DNA from: Pirellulales bacterium
GTDB taxonomy: Bacteria; Planctomycetota; Planctomycetia; Pirellulales; PALSA-1355
DNA length: 64,000 nucleotides
NCBI GenBank assembly: GCA_963733035.1
Contig: CAVTBU010000007.1
Location: 192,001 to 256,000, forward strand
Direction: 5' to 3'
Below the pieces are notes generated by a model. The model did not search any database, had not been told where the DNA came from, and was given only the letters and a program-made list of their open reading frames with translations. The stretch's first letter is position 1, and each line of letters opens with the position of its first letter. Position numbers and translations under genes: made by a program. Of the stretch, positions 59,907 to 64,000 are shown piece by piece.

Positions 59907-60215
59907 ATGCGAAGCTGTTTTGCCCTGTTGTTCACGTTCGGACTGATGGCCGTGGCCGCTCCGGCACACGCTCAAAGGATCGTGACTTACTACGCCCCTG
60001 TGGTTGCCGCGCCAGTGACGACCTACTACGCTCCGGTCGTCTCGCCACCGGTGACCACGTACTACGCACCCGCGCCGGTGACTACGTACTACGCTCCAGC
60101 TGCGACTACCGTGGTTGCGACGCCCGTCGTGGCAGCCCGGCCAGTGATCATTCGCCCCAAGGTCTACATCCCGGGTCAACCGGTTCGTAACGTCCTGCGG
60201 GCGATCACGCCGTAG
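59907..60215 (+). CDS. Secreted (VTTYYAP)-repeat protein 2
   Basis: AAGGAG RBS, signal peptide ..APAHA-Q; four TYYAP units; C-terminal YIPGQPVRNVLRAITP. Confidence 0.9.
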   Translation: MRSCFALLFTFGLMAVAAPAHAQRIVTYYAPVVAAPVTTYYAPVVSPPVTTYYAPAPVTTYYAPAATTVVATPVVAARPVIIRPKVYIPGQPVRNVLRAITP

Positions 60216-60245
60216 CCGGCGGCCAGAAACACATTCAAACTCCTT

Positions 60246-60281
60246 CGCCGTGGCGCTATTCAAGCGGCTGCGGCGTTTTTT
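60246..60281 (+). terminator. Rho-independent terminator
   Basis: Stem CGCCGTGGC/GCTGCGGCG followed by TTTTTT. Confidence 0.7.
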
Positions 60282-60376
60282 GTTGCGCGACGCAGGACCA
60301 GGTTGGCTAGGATGAATTGGGGACGGAGAAACGGTTTTGACTTCCGGCTACGAGACTCGTTTCACAGGTCGTATCC

Positions 60377-61648
60377 ATGCCGTACTCCTCATCGTGCCGA
60401 ACGATCGTGCTGTCGCTATTGCTCGGCGGTGCGGTACTGGGACCCGTCAAAGTCACAACCGCGGACGAGGTCTCCGCCGAAGCGAAACTCGCCGTCTTGA
60501 AGCTGGCTGGAGAACCGTTGTCGATTAAGGACTTGGCGCCGAAGCCAATCTCGCCGGACGGAAACGCCGCAACATTTCTGGCGCAAGCCGCTGCTGACTT
60601 GCAGGCCGTTGAGCAGACAGTGGGCACTGCCATCGATGCCCTGGGGTTCGAGGACCAGAGCGAGTTTGCCTTTCAGGCCCGAACGACGGAACAAGTCCAA
60701 CGCGTGTTGCGCGAGGCTTTTGCAGAACACCGACAAACAATTTCGCTATTGGTTAAGGCTGCACATTGCCGCGGTTATGCCCCACAGCTCAACTACGATC
60801 AACCAGTAGACATATTCACGCCACAATACCTCGACACGATGCAGGACGTACGGCGGCCAATTCGGGTCCTTAACTACCACGTGACCATGCTGCTCAACGA
60901 CGGCCAGGGGGAAGAAGCCCTGGAATCCTGTTTGACCATGTTTCGACTCTGCCGCCACTTCGACTCGCGGCCGCTAGTGATCGGTTTCTTGGTCAATCAG
61001 GCCGTTCGCGGCGTCGCCATACACGCGTCAGCCGTTGCCCTGCAGTCGGGCCTGCTACCAGAGGGGGCTCGCGAGGCTTTCGAAGCCGAGTTGGCGCGAC
61101 ATGACGTCGAGGGTGCATTTCGACATGCCTTATCCAACGAGCGAGCTTGGGGCATCGATCTTTTTAAGCAACGGATGCAGGGTAACGCATTGCCGCTACT
61201 CGACGTCGCCGTAACGCCCGACGACCTCCGCGACTATCTGGAGGTGATCGAGCAGTTGGATAAGTTAGCCAGTCAGCCATACGACAAGATCCACGCCTGG
61301 CCGGCGGCACGTCCACTCGCGTTCGCCCAGGACGCACTGCCAGGACTACGGGCGGCGGCGGAAATCAAGACGGAAACCGTCGCCCTGCTGCGGTGCTTGC
61401 GCGTGCTGAACGAACTGACGCACACGTTTCCTGGCGGCGTCAAACAGAACCCGACGGGCCAGCTGGAACTGCCGGAAGATTCGTTCGTCGATCCGTACAA
61501 TGATCACGCGCTGCGGTTTCGCTACACTGCCGGAGGTTGGCTGATTTACAGCGTCGGTTCCAACGGGCAGGACGACGGCGGAAAGATTGACTCGCGGATC
61601 GATGGAGCTCGACTGGACGTCGGGCTTGGCCCTCGCGAGACCAAGTAA
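60377..61648 (+). CDS. Exported all-helical hypothetical protein with a C-terminal DPx..YSVGxN..DDGG motif
   Basis: Signal peptide; AGEPLSIKDL, NAATFL, PLVIGFLV, DPYN..LRF....GWLIYSVGSNGQDDGG. Confidence 0.85.
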   Translation: MPYSSSCRTIVLSLLLGGAVLGPVKVTTADEVSAEAKLAVLKLAGEPLSIKDLAPKPISPDGNAATFLAQAAADLQAVEQTVGTAIDALGFEDQSEFAFQARTTEQVQRVLREAFAEHRQTISLLVKAAHCRGYAPQLNYDQPVDIFTPQYLDTMQDVRRPIRVLNYHVTMLLNDGQGEEALESCLTMFRLCRHFDSRPLVIGFLVNQAVRGVAIHASAVALQSGLLPEGAREAFEAELARHDVEGAFRHALSNERAWGIDLFKQRMQGNALPLLDVAVTPDDLRDYLEVIEQLDKLASQPYDKIHAWPAARPLAFAQDALPGLRAAAEIKTETVALLRCLRVLNELTHTFPGGVKQNPTGQLELPEDSFVDPYNDHALRFRYTAGGWLIYSVGSNGQDDGGKIDSRIDGARLDVGLGPRETK

Positions 61649-61761
61649 CGCCGTCCAGTGCTTTATCTTAGGTTTCACAATGTGAGATTCTTTGGATCGT
61701 TGCCAATAAATCCAGGCTCCGCGGCGGTCTTATCTAAAAACGCGACGCAGGTACTCGGGCG

Positions 61762-62286
61762 ATGGGCGAATTGGCCGACCGGTTGGCACGGGGAGAACCG
61801 GCGGCATTTGCCGAGTTGTACGACGCCTGCGCCGATCGACTGCACTATTTTCTGGTGATGCACTTGGGCTCGCCGGCCGATGCCGAGGACGTGGTTCAGG
61901 AGACCTTCGCCCGGCTGGCTCGCTCGCGTAAGAAGCTTCGCCGCGTGGACAACCTGACAGCCTACGCGTTCGCGGTGGCGCGGCATGAAGCGGCGCGATT
62001 GAAAACAAGACAAGCCCGGCAGCGAAGAAACCTGGACGTACATTCGCGTCCTGTCGAATACGACGATGAACAAGCGGCAATCGAAGCGGCCGACGCGGTG
62101 CGTGCGGCGCTCAAACGTTTGCCGATCGAACAGCGGGAGATCGTGGAACTAAAGACCTTTGGCGGTTTGACGATTCGCGAAATCGCGGAGACAACCGCCA
62201 TCCCCCAAGGCACGGTCGCCACCCGTTATCGCTCGGCGCTGGTCCGGCTCCGCGAGTGGCTCGCCCGCACCCAGTATCACGAATAA
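61762..62286 (+). CDS. ECF RNA polymerase sigma factor
   Basis: DAEDVVQETF; LPIEQREIVELKTFGGLTIREIA...GTVATRYR. Confidence 0.93.
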   Translation: MGELADRLARGEPAAFAELYDACADRLHYFLVMHLGSPADAEDVVQETFARLARSRKKLRRVDNLTAYAFAVARHEAARLKTRQARQRRNLDVHSRPVEYDDEQAAIEAADAVRAALKRLPIEQREIVELKTFGGLTIREIAETTAIPQGTVATRYRSALVRLREWLARTQYHE

Positions 62287-62352
62287 ACACTCGTTCCCCG
62301 AACATGACTTTCAGCCCCCGGCTTTGCCGGGGGGTTCTTTGCGAACGAAACC

Positions 62353-62745
62353 ATGCACGACGACCTTCCCGCACCCTTCGACAAGTTGCCGCCGCACACG
62401 GCTCCGTCCGAGTTGCGGGGCCGCGTGCTCGGCGTCATCAACACTGAACTGAATCGCCGCGCGAAGCCTCGCTGGGAGCGGGCGTTCGAACGTAGCGTAG
62501 CAGCTTTGCTGGTGATCGGCGTAGGTCTTAACGCTGGTAACTACTATTTTTCGACTGACGTACTTCCGTCGCCCGCTGACGAGTCGCGGTCGGTGGTCCG
62601 CAGTCGAGAATTGGGTGACCTGCAAATCGCTGAGGCCGTGAGCAAGCGGATGGCACTCTTCCGGCAGTCCAACCGGCGGTCGGCGGACTTGCATGCGGAT
62701 ATTGAGAAACTTATTGCAGAGCTCGAAGCTCGTCCTGCAGGGTAA
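62353..62745 (+). CDS. Putative single-TM anti-sigma factor
   Basis: Directly downstream of the ECF sigma; APSELRGRVL then TM SVAALLVIGVGLN. Confidence 0.7.
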   Translation: MHDDLPAPFDKLPPHTAPSELRGRVLGVINTELNRRAKPRWERAFERSVAALLVIGVGLNAGNYYFSTDVLPSPADESRSVVRSRELGDLQIAEAVSKRMALFRQSNRRSADLHADIEKLIAELEARPAG

Positions 62746-62750
62746 CAAAG

Positions 62751-64000
62751 ATGAAACGATCACGTTCAAGGTGGATGATAGCCGCCGGGCTATTGGCCGG
62801 CATCGCAGTCGCTTTCATGTTGCTGTTGTCGCGGGCTAATGCCACGGCCCAGGCCGAATTCGACGCAAGAATTGCCGCACTCGAGGCAGCCGGCGAACCG
62901 GTATCGATCAAGGACCTCGCACGAAAGCCACCATTGCCACAAGACAATGCCGCCACGTACTTGCGCCGGGCAAGCGACGCGATCGGATCAATCGACAAGG
63001 AGTATAGCGCGGCTTACGACAATCTAACCCCGCAGCAACAGGTTGCCGCCGACACCGGCCGTCCCCCGGCTGAGTATGTGGCCGCCTTGCGTGACGCGCT
63101 GAATGCCTATCCCGAGGCGCTCGAACTCGTCAATCAGGCGGCCGCGGCGCCGGCGTACGATGCCCAGCTCGACTACTCGGCCGACCCGAAGGCATTCTGG
63201 GACGAGCTCGAGAAACAAACCTTCCAGGTGACACGCAGAGGAATGCGACTGCTTTCTTATCAAGCCACCTTGCAACTCGCGGATGGAGATGCTGAAGGGG
63301 CACTGAAGACCTCGCTCAAGATGCTCCGGCTCTGCCGTCTGCTGGACAGCGAGCCGACTTTGCTGGGAGCGCTAGTCGCCTTTGCCTGCCGCGGCATCGC
63401 GGTTGATCAGGTCGATCTGGCTCTGCGAGCGGGGCCCATCTCTGAGCCTTTGCGGAGGAAACTCGACGAGGAGCTCGCTGGCTCCCATATCGTTGAGATC
63501 TATCAACGCGGTCTGGTTGGCGATCGGGCATTTGGACTCGATACGCTCCGCGCGATTGAGGCGGGCAAGCTCGATTTCAAACCGGATGACAAGCAGTGGC
63601 TGATGCAATTGTCGGCGGCGTTCAGCAATAGCCAGTCGAAGTATCTCGATTTTATGGCCGAAGCGATCGCACTTGCTGGTCGGCCTTTCGCGGACTTGCA
63701 GTCCGACGCGAAGTTCAATGGCCTGATCGCCGACGTTGATCCCTCGGCCAAGGTAGTAATGCCGAATATTCGCGCTGCTCAGACCTCCGTCTACCGATGC
63801 ATCGTGTACCTCCGCGGGTTGCAAATCCTGAACGCGATTCAGCGATTTGAGCGGGATCACCCCGGCAAAGAACCGACACTTGCTGACCTGGGGCTACCTG
63901 ACGAGGTCATAACCGACCCGTTCAACAACCAGCCGCTGCGTTTGGTCAAACTGCCACAAGGCTGGTCGATCTACAGCGTGGGTATGAACCTCAAAGACGA
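62751..64000 (+). CDS. Membrane-anchored paralog of 60377..61648, truncated at the window edge (absent from the ORF track)
   Basis: Manual translation from ATG 62751: MKRSRSRWMIAAGLLAGIAVAFMLLL..AAGEPVSIKDLARKP..DNAATYL..EPTLLGALVA..TDPFNNQPLRL..GWSIYSVGMNLKD; open to the window end. Confidence 0.88.
   Translation, partial: MKRSRSRWMIAAGLLAGIAVAFMLLLSRANATAQAEFDARIAALEAAGEPVSIKDLARKPPLPQDNAATYLRRASDAIGSIDKEYSAAYDNLTPQQQVAADTGRPPAEYVAALRDALNAYPEALELVNQAAAAPAYDAQLDYSADPKAFWDELEKQTFQVTRRGMRLLSYQATLQLADGDAEGALKTSLKMLRLCRLLDSEPTLLGALVAFACRGIAVDQVDLALRAGPISEPLRRKLDEELAGSHIVEIYQRGLVGDRAFGLDTLRAIEAGKLDFKPDDKQWLMQLSAAFSNSQSKYLDFMAEAIALAGRPFADLQSDAKFNGLIADVDPSAKVVMPNIRAAQTSVYRCIVYLRGLQILNAIQRFERDHPGKEPTLADLGLPDEVITDPFNNQPLRLVKLPQGWSIYSVGMNLKD

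Noticed and set aside
59318..60100. CRISPR-like array suggested by regularly spaced ACCTAYTACGC repeats
   Set aside because: The repeats are in-frame coding units with wobble variation and no unique spacers, and no cas genes are present.
1..64000. tRNA, rRNA, tmRNA, transposase, integrase or prophage genes
   Set aside because: No cloverleaf, rRNA-like tract or mobile-element protein motif was recognised by eye. A tRNAscan/Infernal run would be needed to exclude small RNAs definitively.

Overview
GC-rich, gene-dense chromosomal segment of a Planctomycete, most likely Pirellulales. This is inferred from a TIGR03000-type protein, an 'RRLRFEFLEQREVLS' export motif, a 'PGQPVRN' C-terminal motif, sulfatase and Gfo genes, and an HTH-REC regulator. 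About 59 CDS are supported. They include housekeeping genes (asd, truA, pyk, argG, purD, zwf, mnmG, rodA/ftsW-like, pcm), an Fe-S assembly operon (sufR-like, nuoB, sufC, sufB, sufD, Rieske ferredoxin, sufT) followed by three methanofuran/methylofuran-type C1 genes, two ECF sigma/anti-sigma modules, a two-component pair, and many exported low-complexity proteins. No rRNA, tRNA, CRISPR array, transposase or integrase was seen. About nine genes, including the normally important sufB, sufD and mnmG, are broken by 1-2 nt frameshifts that all lie at GCGC. These look like long-read errors, possibly methylation-linked. The most notable items are: a lone nuoB inside the suf operon; tandem secreted (VTTYYAP)n proteins; an SdpA/SdpB-like pair next to a secreted GSSGG-aromatic repeat protein; two small paralogous [DEN]RR-repeat proteins; a TIGR03032-TPR-GT41 fusion; an apparently exported PIMT; and two candidate structured RNAs. 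All family calls are by motif recognition; no database search was run.
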